This document shows positions 9,840-19,489 of a stretch of 20,000 nucleotides of DNA, piece after piece; the first letter of the stretch is position 1; every line of letters begins with the position of its first letter. Origin of the DNA: Chiloscyllium plagiosum (taxonomy: Eukaryota); NCBI RefSeq assembly GCF_004010195.1, contig NC_057718.1, forward strand, positions 99,827,806 through 99,847,805. The letters run 5' to 3'. Below the pieces are notes generated by a model, which worked only from the letters and a program-made list of their open reading frames with translations, searched no databases and was not told the DNA's origin. Both the position numbers and the translations under genes were made by a program.

Positions 9840-12470
9840 ACTAATAAATTAAACTGCATTTATTTCAATGCAAGGGACCTAACAGGGAAGGCAGCTGAAC
9901 TCAGGGACATCATAGCAATTACAGAAACATGGCTCAGGGATGGGCAAGACCGGCAGCTTAATGTTCCAGGATACAAATGCTACAGAAAGGATGGCAAGAG
10001 AGGAGGGGGAGTGGCATTTTTGATAAGGGATAGCATTACAGCTGTGCTGAGGGAGGATATTCCCGGAAATACACTCAGGGAAGTTATTTGGGTGGAACTG
10101 AGAAATAAGAAAGGGATGATCACCTTATTGGGATTGTATTATAGACCCCCTAATAGTCAGAGGGAAATTGAGAAACAAACTTGAAAGGTGATCCCAGCTA
10201 TCTGTAAGAATATTAGGGTGGTTATGGTAGGGGATTTTAACTTTCCAAACATAGACTGGGACTGCCAGAATGTTAAGGGTTTAGATGGAGAAGAATTTGT
10301 TAAGTGTGTACAAGAAAATTTAGAAAAGGATAGACCAGATCTAAAAGTTGAAGTTCTAAATTGGAGAAAGGCCAATTTTGACGGTATTAGGCAAGAACTT
10401 TCAAAAGCTGATTGGGGGCAGATGTTGGCAGGTAAAGGGACGGCTGGAAAATGGGAAGCCTTCAGAAATGAGATAATAAGAATCCAGAGAAAATATATTC
10501 CTATCAGGGTGAAAGGAAAGGCTGATAGGTATAGGGAATGCTGGATGACTAAAGAAATTAAGGGTTTGGTTAAGAAAAAGAAGAAGCATATGTAAGGTGT
10601 AGACAGGATAAATCAAGTAAATACTTAGAAGAGTATAAAGGAAGTAGGAGTATACTAAAGAGGGAAATCAGGAGGACAAAAAGGGGACATGAGATAGCTT
10701 TGGCAAATAGAATTAAGGAGAATCCAAAGAGTTTTTACAAATATATTAAGGACAAAAGGGTAACTAGGGAGAGAATAGGGCCCCTCAAAGATCAGCAAGG
10801 CGGCCTTTTTGTGGAGCTGCAGAAAATGGGGGAGATACTAAATGAATATTTTACATCAGTATTTACTGTGGAAAAGGATATGGAAGATATAGACTGTAGG
10901 GAAATAAGTGGTGACATCTTGCAAAATGTCCAGATTACAGAGGAGGAAGTGCTGGATGTCTTGAAACGGGCAAAGGTGGATAAATTCCCAGGACCTGATC
11001 AGGTGTACCTGAGAACTCTGTGGGAAGCTAGAGAAGTGATTGCTGGGCCTCTTGCTGAGATATTTGTATCATTGATAGTCACATGTGAGGTGCCGGAAGA
11101 CTGGAGGTTGGCTAGTGTGGTGTCACTGTTTAAGAGGGGCGGTAAGACCAAGCCAGCGAACTATAGACCAGAGAGCCTGTCCTCGGTGGTGGGCAAGTTG
11201 TTGGAGGGAATCCTGAGGGACAGGATGTACATGTATTTGGAAAGGCAAAATCTGATTAGGGATAGTCAACATTGCTTTGTGCGTGGGAAATCATGTCTCA
11301 CAAACTTGATTGAGTTTTTTGAAGAAGTAACAAAGATGATTGATGAGGGCAGAGCAGTAGATGTGATCTAGTTGGACTTCAGTATGGCGTTCGACAAGGT
11401 TCCCCATGGGAGACTGATAAGCAAGGTTAGATCTCACGGAATACAGGGAGAACTTGCCATTTGGATACAGAACTAGCTCAAAGGTAGAAGACAGAGGGTG
11501 GTGGTGGAAGATTGTTTTTCAGATTGGAGGCCTGTAACCAGTGGAGTGCCACAAGGATCGGTGCTGGGTCCACTACTTTTTGTCATTTACATAAAGATTT
11601 GGATGTGAGCATAAGAGGTACAGTTAGTAAGTTTGCAGATGACACCAAAATTGGAGGTGTAGTGAAGAGCAAAGAGGGTTACCTCAGATTACAACAGGAT
11701 CTGGACCAGATGGGCCAATGGGCTGAGAAGTAGCAGGTGGAGTTTAATTCAGATAAATGCGAGATGCTGCATTTTGGGAAAGCAAATCTTAACAGGACTT
11801 ATACACTTAATGGTAAGGTCCGAGGGAGTGTTGCTGAACAAAGAGACCTTGGAGTGCAGGCTCATAGCTCCTTGAAAGTGGAGTCGCAGGTAGATAGGTT
11901 AGTGAAGGCGGCGTTTGGTATGCTTTCCTTTATTGGTCAGAGTATTGAGTACAGGAGTTGGGAGGTCATGTTGCGGCTGTACAGACTGTTGGTTAGGCCA
12001 CTGTTGGAATATTGCGTGCAATTCTGGTCTCCTTCCTATCGGAAAGATGTTGTGAAACTTGAAAGAGTTCAGAAAAGATTTACAATGATGTTGCCAGGGT
12101 TGGAGGGTTTGAGCTACAGGGAGAGGCGGAACAGGCTGGGGTTGTTTTCCCTGGAGTGTCGGAGGCTGAGGGGTGAGCTTATAGAGGTTTACAAAATTAT
12201 GAGGGGCATGGATAGGGTAAATAGGCAAAGTCTTTTTCCTGGGGTCGGGGAGTCCAGAACTAGAGGGCATAGGTTTAGGGTGAGAGGGGTAAGATAGACA
12301 AGAGACCTAAGGGGCAACTTTTTCATGCAGAGGATGGTACGTGTATGGAATGATCTACCAGAGGACGTGGTGGAGGCTGGTACAATTGCAACATTTAAGA
12401 TGCATTTGGATGGGTATATGAATAGGAAGGGTTTGGAGGGATATGGGCCGGGTGCTGGCCGGTGGGACTA
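9840..12470 (+). pseudogene. CR1 ORF2 pseudogene (APE endonuclease and reverse transcriptase)
   Basis: YFNAR, ITETWL, GGGVAF, YYRPP, GDFNFP, NYRPESL, KFADDTK, RDLGV, RPLLEYCVQFWSP. Broken by several stops and frameshifts (ORF pieces end at 10184, 10595, 11371, 11733, 12297). Confidence 0.95.
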
Positions 12471-12550
12471 GATTGGGTTGGGATATCTGGTCGGCATGGA
12501 CGGGTTGGACCGAAGCGTCTGTTTCTGTGCTGTACATCTCTATGACTCTA

Positions 12551-12749
12551 TGTGCAGGTTAGGGTGGACTGGCCATGCTAAATTGCCCCATATTGTCCAG
12601 GGGATGTGCAGGCTAGGTGAGTTGGCCATGGGAAATGCAGAGTTGCAGGGATGGGGTAGCAGGGTGGGAATGGGTGGGATGCTGTTTGGAGGGCCGGTGT
12701 GGACTTGATGGGTTGAATGGCCTGCTTCCACACTGTAGGGATTCTATGA
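12551..12749 (+). mobile_element. HE1-type SINE, 3' half (continues 9213-9350)
   Basis: Resumes TGTGCAGGTTAGGGTGG and ends ACACTGTAGGGATTCTATGA. Confidence 0.92.
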
Positions 12750-13297
12750 AAAGCTTCTTAAATATGATAAGGGATTCTCTATCACCTCTACCACCCTCTC
12801 AGGAAATGAGTTCCAGATTCCCACCACCCTCAGAATGAAAACATTCCCTTACAATCCAACGAGACCTCCTGCCCCTTACCTTAAACCTCTGTCCCCCCCC
12901 CCTCCAGTCACTGAACCCTCCATCATAGGGAAATATTTCTTCCAATCTGTACCCCTCAATCATACCCTGAGTTAGTCTCTACTGCTCTAAGGAATGAAAC
13001 TCCAGTCTGTCCAATCTCTCCTCATAACTACAGGGTCCCCACCCCCCGCTATCCGAAAGTGGAGTGTTCCTGTGAAACCTCTCGTAAGGAGAAATGGCGT
13101 TAAGCGAAGAAGCATGTATGTATATGGGAAAGATTTCGCCTTTTCTCATAAAAGCGAAAATCCTCTTCGGATTCTTTTGGTTAGCGAAGACAGCTACTAA
13201 CGCAATGATATGGAGGTGCTGGTGTTGGGCTGGGGTGTACAAAGTTAAAAAAAATCCACACAACACCAGGTTACAGTCCAATAGGTTTATTTGGAAG

Positions 13298-13332
13298 CAC
13301 TAGCTTTCTGAGCGCTGCTCCTTCATCAGGTG
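13298..13332 (-). ncRNA. Minimal type I hammerhead ribozyme motif
   Basis: CAC-CUGAUGA-AG-GAGC-AGC-GCUC-A-GAAA-GCUA-GUG on the minus strand. Confidence 0.65.
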
Positions 13333-13388
13333 ATTGTGGTGTATAAGATTGTAAGACACCACAGTCTTACAATCTTATTCTCCACAAC

Positions 13389-13423
13389 CACCTGATGAAG
13401 GAGCAGTGCTCAGAAAGCTAGTG
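13389..13423 (+). ncRNA. Minimal type I hammerhead ribozyme motif
   Basis: CAC-CUGAUGA-AG-GAGC-AGU-GCUC-A-GAAA-GCUA-GUG. Stem I CAC/GUG, palindromic AGCU stem III, CUA triplet. Confidence 0.65.
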
Positions 13424-14500
13424 CTTCCAAATAAACCTGTTGGTACTAACGTAGGTCTTTCACAAAAGGAAAGTAGCGTAAAGCAAACTTTCGAAAAGCG
13501 GGGGAAACCTGTAAAACTCTCCAGCCCAGGCAACATCCAGGTAAACTAAATACCTGAAAAAAAACTGTTTCTGAAACTATTTCTGCATTGGCAATAGTTG
13601 AAGGTACTGACTCAAATCTTTCCCATCTTCCCCTACTGAAAGGCTGTCTTATTATCCCAGTAGGATTATCATCACCCTGGCTGGTTCCCTGCATTTGGAG
13701 GTAATGACGGCTCCAAGCTCAGGAAACTCTATCTGTTTCACTCTTTGTTTTTCCAGGCGACAAACATCTGTCACTGAGCAGCCAGCCTTACAGACTGAGG
13801 TCGATAATGCACCGAGATCCCAGCTCTCATTCCTGTATAATAGCTGACTAAAAGGTGCCGTAAATCACAGGGGCAAGGCCTGCGCTATAATAGAGACACA
13901 TCACAGGCCATCAGAAACATGTATTGTAATAACATATGCAGTCAAGTAATTTGCAGCTGCTCATTACTTCAGACCAATACAACACAATCAACATACACAA
14001 CTTGTTAATTATGTTGTCAACATTTACTGCTGAGTCTCAACCAGATCTACAAGGAGGAAAAAACAACCCTCCACCCCAACTAGCTTTGTCACTCCAAGAC
14101 AATCAGCTACAGAAGTGAATTCTACATCATTTAATTCTTCAGCACTTCACCCTCCTAGAACAACCTACAGATAATTTATTCCAGATTAACATGAAAATAC
14201 GGCCAAAGACATTTTGGAAGCCAACTGGGGATATTTTCACATGATTCTGCTTGACTGTGTGGAGCCAAGAATATGATTAATCATTCCTTAATAGGGTTTG
14301 CAGGAAAATAGACTCTTCAGTAGCTGAGGGTCTGATCTCTTGGATTGTGCCAGAGGTACTGTTTGTGCTGGGTCTGCCCAACAGACTTATCCATCAGCAT
14401 TCACACATCTCTGACCATTCTCGGCTGGGAATAATTTATGTTTTACGCACTCCTGATGTTACCATCTCTTAGCTTATCAAAGCAGGTGAACAGGGAGATT

Positions 14501-14708
14501 TCAAAACCAGACATTGCTGGAAAAGCTCAGCAGGTCTGGCAGCAACTGTGGAGAGAAATCAGAGTTAACGTTCTGAGGAAGGGTCACTCTGGCCTGAAAC
14601 CTTAACTCTGATTTCTCTCCACAGGTGCTGTCAGACCTGCAGAGCTTTTCCAGCAATTTCCAGTTTTTTCCTGATTTAGAGCGTCCGCAGTTCTTTCGGT
14701 TTTTATTT
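14501..14708 (+). mobile_element. Penelope-like fold-back insertion with a hammerhead core in the loop
   Basis: 14-bp TSD TGAACAGGGAGATT (14487-14500 and 14709-14722). 60-bp inverted arms 14513-14572 and 14598-14657. Core CTGAGGA-A-GGGTCA-CTC-TGGCCT-GAAA. Confidence 0.8.
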
Positions 14709-14840
14709 TGAACAGGGAGATTAGTTTATTCTCTGTTCCTGACTAATCTTCCCTTGGGTCAGCAGTCTTTTGACAACAAGGGGAGACTGGTTGGTCTCAG
14801 GATGTTTACGTTGGTACAGGGGAGGCTGAGGAGAGGGATA

Positions 14841-15298
14841 TAGGTATCCCTTGCTTTTCAAAAGTTCACCTTAGGACACTTTGCTGTTCTGAAAGACTTA
14901 CATTATTACCTGTTTTCACTCACCAAAAGAAATCCGAAGGGGATTTTTGCTTTTACAAGAAAAGACAAAATTCTTTTCATGGAGTTTGCACATTCTCCCC
15001 GTGTCTGCTTGGGTTTCCTCCAGGTGCTCTGGTTTCCTCCCACAATCCAAAGATGTGCAGGTCAGGTGGATTGGCCATGTTACATTTCCTACAGTGTTAG
15101 GTGCATTAGTCAGAGGGGAAGTGGGTCTGGGTGGGTTACTCTTTGGAGAGTCAATATGGACTGGTTGGGCCGAAGGGCCTGTTTCCACACTGTAGGAAAT
15201 CTAATCTAATCTAAATTAATGCTTCTTCGCTTTCCCCCATTTCAGCTTACAGAAGGTTTCGTAGGAACACTCTGCTTTCGGATAGCGGGGGTTACCTG
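14841..15298 (-). mobile_element. MITE copy 2 (same family as 13031-13511)
   Basis: TA flanks at 14839-40 and 15299-300. Reverse complement begins CAGGTAACCCCCGCTATCCGAAAGCAGAGTGTTCC and is colinear with copy 1. Confidence 0.85.
14980..15214 (+). mobile_element. 5'-truncated HE1-type SINE (short subtype) nested in the MITE
   Basis: Starts at TGGAGTTTGCACATTCTCCCC and ends in (AATCT)n. Confidence 0.92.
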
Positions 15299-15888
15299 TA
15301 CAATAATGAGAAGTATGGACGGTGTGGATAAGAACGCTCCATTACCCTTTGTTCAAGGGTCTATTACCAATGGATTTTGAATTAGGGTAAATGGCAGGAG
15401 GTTGGGAGGGGGACTCAAAAATTAATTGTTTTTACCCCAGAGGGTGGTGGCTACCACAAGCCAAAGGGGTGAGGGAGACAAAACCCTCCATCATGTTTTT
15501 AAATTGCTTGAGGATTTTAGATACGTAACATTTGGGGGCATGAGCCAAGAGCTGGATGGTGGGATTAGACTATGTAACTACTTGTTGGCTAATGTGGGCA
15601 TGATGGAACAATGGGCTCCTTCTGTGCCATACATTTCAATGATGATTTGAGTTCGACAATGACAGTGAAGACACTTTCCCATAATAATGGTGAGGTTCTA
15701 GGGAGATGCAATGGGAGCTCATTAGCCCTAATCACTCCTGTTTTTCTCAACATGCAGATCTCCATAGCCTGCGCATGGCAATGGCCACCCAATCCAGAAG
15801 TCAACATGTATCGCCGTTCCGACCAGTGCAGGCAGGAACACGGAATGTCTGTGTACCTTAGACAGACGTTGCCTATTGAAGGGTTACT

Positions 15889-16058
15889 GAGTCATATGGC
15901 ACGGAAAAAAAAACCTTCAGTCTAACCAGTCCATAATCCCAAACCAAGCTAGTCCCATCTGCCTATGCTTGGCCCATATCTCTCCAAAGTTAAAAATCAC
16001 ACAACACCAGGTTATAATAATATCCTTCCTATAACAGGGAGACGAGACTGGGACATAG
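15889..16058 (-). mobile_element. Patchwork of a CR1 tail, a 30-bp Penelope-like piece and a CR1 ORF2 piece
   Basis: 15889-15988 resembles the CR1 tail. 15985-16015 CAAAGTTAAAAATCACACAACACCAGGTTA matches about 13240-13273. Confidence 0.6.
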
Positions 16059-16210
16059 TTGATCAGCAGATCTAAGACATCAGTCAACAAAGCTCAAATG
16101 GACGTTGACTCACGTCTCACTGAATTCTAGGTTAAGTAAACAATTAGCAGTGTGTTTGATTTTTAAAGTTCATGAGTTGTAACTTTCTTCCTATTCATAA
16201 CTAATTCATT

Positions 16211-16459
16211 CATAGAATCACAACAGTGTGGAAGCAGGCCATTCAGTCCATACTAACCCTCCGAGGGGCACCCCTATAACCCCACATTTCCCATGGTCCA
16301 TCTACCCTAACCTGCACATCTTTGAACCATGTGAGGAAACCCACACAGACACGGGGAGAATGTGCAAACTCCACACAGACAGTCGCCTGAGGCTAGAATC
16401 GAACCTGGGTCTCTGGTGCTGTGAGGCAGCCATGCTAACCACAGAGCCACCATGCCACC
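16211..16459 (-). mobile_element. HE1-type SINE with internal deletions
   Basis: Reverse complement begins GGTGGCATGGTGGCTCTGTGGTTAGCATGGCTGCCTCACAGCACCAGAGACCCAGGTTCGATTC. Confidence 0.9.
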
Positions 16460-16945
16460 CAGGGTGAAGTGGTGAAAGAGTTAATTTATGAGTAAAGCTG
16501 AAACTCTACCCACTCAGAAATATTACACAGCCACTGGGAAAGGGATCAGGCAAACAGCAGACTGCCATAGTCTCCCAATGGAGACTCATGGGTCTTTCCT
16601 ACCACATCTTAGTACTAGTTAATCTGCCCAAGAACTAATGGAGCCTGTGTATTGTCGTTAGGATATAATACACGGAACCCTGTGTTCTAAGACAGGTCCA
16701 TCCTCCGCCATACGTGGTCCTCAAGGCTGGCTCAACATTGGTGGCTCTACTTAAACCACAAGTGGTCACCCAGGCATCTCGTCTTATTATAGTAAGGTGA
16801 CCCTGATGATCACCTCATCGCTGCTAGGACATCTTTAACATTTTTACAGCAACCGACTTCATTATCTTCAGCTGTGTTTGAGATACTGAGGCAGGCGCAT
16901 GCAATTCAATAACTGAGGGAGAGACATAGAGTTGTTGCTATTATA

Positions 16946-17285
16946 GGTGGTGCAGTGGCTCAGTGGTTAGCGCTGCTACCTCACAGCACCAGGCACCTGG
17001 GGTTCGATTCCAACCTCAGGTGGTTTGTCTGTGCGGAGTTTGCCCCATGTCTGTGCAGGTTCCCTCCGGGTGCTCTGGTTTCCTCCCATAGTCCAAAAAA
17101 TGTGCAGGTTAAGGTGGATTGGCCATCGTAAATTGCCTGTAGTGTCCAGGGATGTGCAGGCTAGGTGGGTTAGCCATGGGAAATGGTAACTCTGGGGCTA
17201 CGGGGATTGGGTGTGATGCTCATCAGAGGGTCTGTGCAGGTTTGATGGGCTGAATGGCCTCTTTCTGCACTTAAGGATGCTGTGG
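16946..17285 (+). mobile_element. HE1-type SINE, long subtype
   Basis: A and B boxes, V-domain, duplicated GATGTGCAGGCTAGGTGG block. Confidence 0.9.
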
Positions 17286-18487
17286 TTCACTTGTTTTCAA
17301 GAGAACAGTTTAAAGTGGCACTGGTGCAGGAAGGCCAGTCCGTTGGCCCTCATTGGCTATCAGTCCATCTTCGTTCCAGCATAGACAAACTCCCTAGGAT
17401 TCCTCAAACATCATCGCTGAGGGTCTAACACCAGAAAGAGCAAAGATCTTCGAGTAGGGCTTTAGAAAGTGACAAGGTTCGAGGTATACCCTGGGACTGT
17501 GTCTGTACCACCCTCTTATTTAAGGGGATTAGACTACGCAAAATATTGAAGGAGATCAGTTCTGATGGCTATTCCACATCTCTGTTCATTTGAAAACAAC
17601 ATTATTCATATATGGTATGCCTCTCACTTCATCAGATGCTGCAGGATAAACAGAGATTCAATTTAGCGTAGGTTTTCTCTTGCTTTGGGTTGGAAGTCCC
17701 TGACAACCATCAGTTACAATGACGAACATCTCCTGTTGGTGCACAGCAGTTATCTCTCTAATGTAATATGTTGGCACAGAACAGAAACTCTCTATCACCT
17801 CACACTGTAGGCTCACAGCTGAATATAATTTTAACCTTCAATACACTCAATCCCAGGCTGCTGAATCTAGTTTTCGACCAAAGCACTATCAAGACACCGA
17901 GTTAATACTCCTGAAGATTTATGTTTTGTTAAATAAACCCTACCTTTGATTTCATTTCAAGGGATTTCGCTAGGAGTTTATCTCTATGATTGATATTCAA
18001 AATAAAACAGGATTGGGAGAATAGCTTCCAGCCTAGAGTTGTTAGGGCAATGGTTTGGCTTATGGAGACCAAGCTGAAATACTGACTGGGAACTGCAGGT
18101 CTGTGGCTGCATTTTTCATTTAATATCCAGTTTCTCAGTCTGGATGGCAGGCAGAGATTCTCAGAATACATTAGCCGTGTCAAAGTGTGTTTGAAGCAGT
18201 GATATTTCTCTGAGGCACCAATCTTCCAGCAATCAAACCACACCACAGTAGCTTCTGCCCAAGAGAAATGACTGAAACTATACCCTGTTCAGAGCACAGC
18301 TCAGTATAAACAAGACAACGATTTTCAACATATTTCGTTCAAGTTAAAACATCCTTTGCAACATCTCGGGATTTCCAGCTGCTTGCTTTCATCCCCCGTG
18401 CAATCTTGTAAGTGCTGTTTTTTTTAACACATCATCAGAGCAATACATCCAGCAAAATGCCCTATTCCTGCTCCGATGTTTCTAACA

Positions 18488-18985
18488 AAGGAACTTAGGA
18501 GGGAGGAGGCCATTCAGCCTGTTGACCCTGCTGCAAGATTCAATGAAATAGAATCGTAGAGATGTACTGCATGGAAACAGACCCTTCGGCCCAACATGTT
18601 CATGCTGACCAGATAGCCTAACCTAATCTACTCCCATTTGCCAGCATTCAGCCCATATCTCTAAACCCTTCCTATTCATGTACCCATCCAGATGCCTTTT
18701 AAATTATGTAATTATAACCATCTCCACCACTTCCTTTGGCAGCTTGTTCCATACACGCACCACCCTCTGTCTTAGCTACTTGCACTTCCTCCCTACCAAT
18801 TTGATGGCTGATCTTTTACCCCACGCTGCTCTCTCGCTGTTGCCCACCACCTCTTGATGTTTTAGAAATCTGCCAATCGCTGCTTTGGACATACTTAATG
18901 ACTGACTGTCCACAGCCCTCTGGGAAGGGAATTCCAAAGATTCACCATCCCCCTCAGTGAGGTGATTCTTCCTCTTCTCTGCCTT
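18488..18985 (-). mobile_element. Old CR1-type 3' fragment, interrupted
   Basis: GGCCATTCAGCCTGTTGACCCTGCT before and CCACAGCCCTCTGGGAAGGGAATTCCAAAGATTCACCA after the younger insertion. Confidence 0.6.
18549..18771 (-). mobile_element. Younger CR1 3' fragment
   Basis: Homologous to about 19490-19713. Confidence 0.9.
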
Positions 18986-19029
18986 CTTCCATTTTGATGA
19001 TAGCACACACCCAAAATGAATTAATTGTT

Positions 19030-19378
19030 ATTCATCCATGGGCTGAGGACAGTTCTGGCCAGACCAGCAGTTATTGTCCATCCCTAATTGCCCAGAGGGG
19101 GGGTTAGAGACAACCACATTGCTGTGGGACTGGAGTCACATGTAGGCTAGACCAGGTAAGGATGGCAGTTTCCTTGCCGAAAGGACATCAGTGAGCCAGA
19201 TGGGTCTTCCCTAACAATCAACAGCAATTGCATGTTCATTAATTGACTCTTAATTCCAGATATTTTAATTGAATTAAAATTCCATCATCTGCTGTGGTGG
19301 GATTTGAACCTGATACGCAATGACATTACCTGGCTGTCTGGATTAATAATCCTGTGGTAATACCACAAACCATTACCT
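19030..19378 (-). mobile_element. tRNA-derived SINE, family 2
   Basis: Minus-strand B box GGTTCAAATCCCACC. Central GTCCTTTCGGCAAGGAAACTGCCATCCTTACCTGGTCTAGCCTACATGTGACTCCAG. Tail GGGCAATTAGGGATGGACAATAA. Confidence 0.78.
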
Positions 19379-19489
19379 TTACAAATGTGACTTTGTCCAG
19401 GAGTTTGCATTTTTATTCCAAATGAGATGCTCATTTCCTTCAAGTTGAAATTAGCTTTCCTAAACATGTATTGTGTAGCCATTCTTGAG

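Larger units (their letters stand above)
9351..12550 (+). mobile_element. 5'-truncated CR1/HER1-type LINE, 3.2 kb
   Basis: ORF1 remnant, ORF2 with APE and RT domains, and a 3' UTR ending CTCTATGACTCTA. Confidence 0.96.
13203..13443. mobile_element. Penelope-like inverted terminal fragment with two hammerhead motifs
   Basis: 80-bp inverted arms 13278-13357 and 13364-13443 (5 mismatches). TSD TACTAACG at 13195-13202 and 13444-13451. Confidence 0.8.
13031..13511 (+). mobile_element. Tc1/mariner-pogo/Tigger-type MITE, copy 1 (about 230 bp net)
   Basis: TA flanks at 13029-30 and 13512-13. TIRs CAGG...CCCCCGCTATCCGAAAGT and ACTTTCGAAAAGCGGGGGAAACCTG. No ORF. Confidence 0.85.
12765..13545 (-). mobile_element. 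Old CR1 fragment interrupted by a MITE
   Basis: Removing 13031-13513 joins CTCCTCATAACTA to AAACTCTCCAGCCCAGGCAACATCC, which reads MLPGLESFSYEERLDRL on the minus strand. Confidence 0.8.
14780..15645 (+). mobile_element. Old CR1 3' fragment interrupted by MITE copy 2
   Basis: GGAGGCTGAGGAGAG...TA | CAATAATGAGAAGTATGGAC...TTTTACCCCAGAGGGTGGTG...GGGCTCCTTCTGTGCCATACATTTCAATGA follows the order of the CR1 3' end. Confidence 0.65.

Noticed and set aside
9708..12297. Functional reverse transcriptase gene
   Set aside because: Multiple stops and frameshifts, an endonuclease deletion and 5' truncation.
13740..13860. Strong splice acceptor CTCTTTGTTTTTCCAG
   Set aside because: No convincing donor, and all three frames hit a stop within about 100 nt.
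13031..15298. Composite transposon bounded by the two MITEs
   Set aside because: Each MITE has its own TA duplication and restores its own CR1 host when removed, so they are separate insertions.
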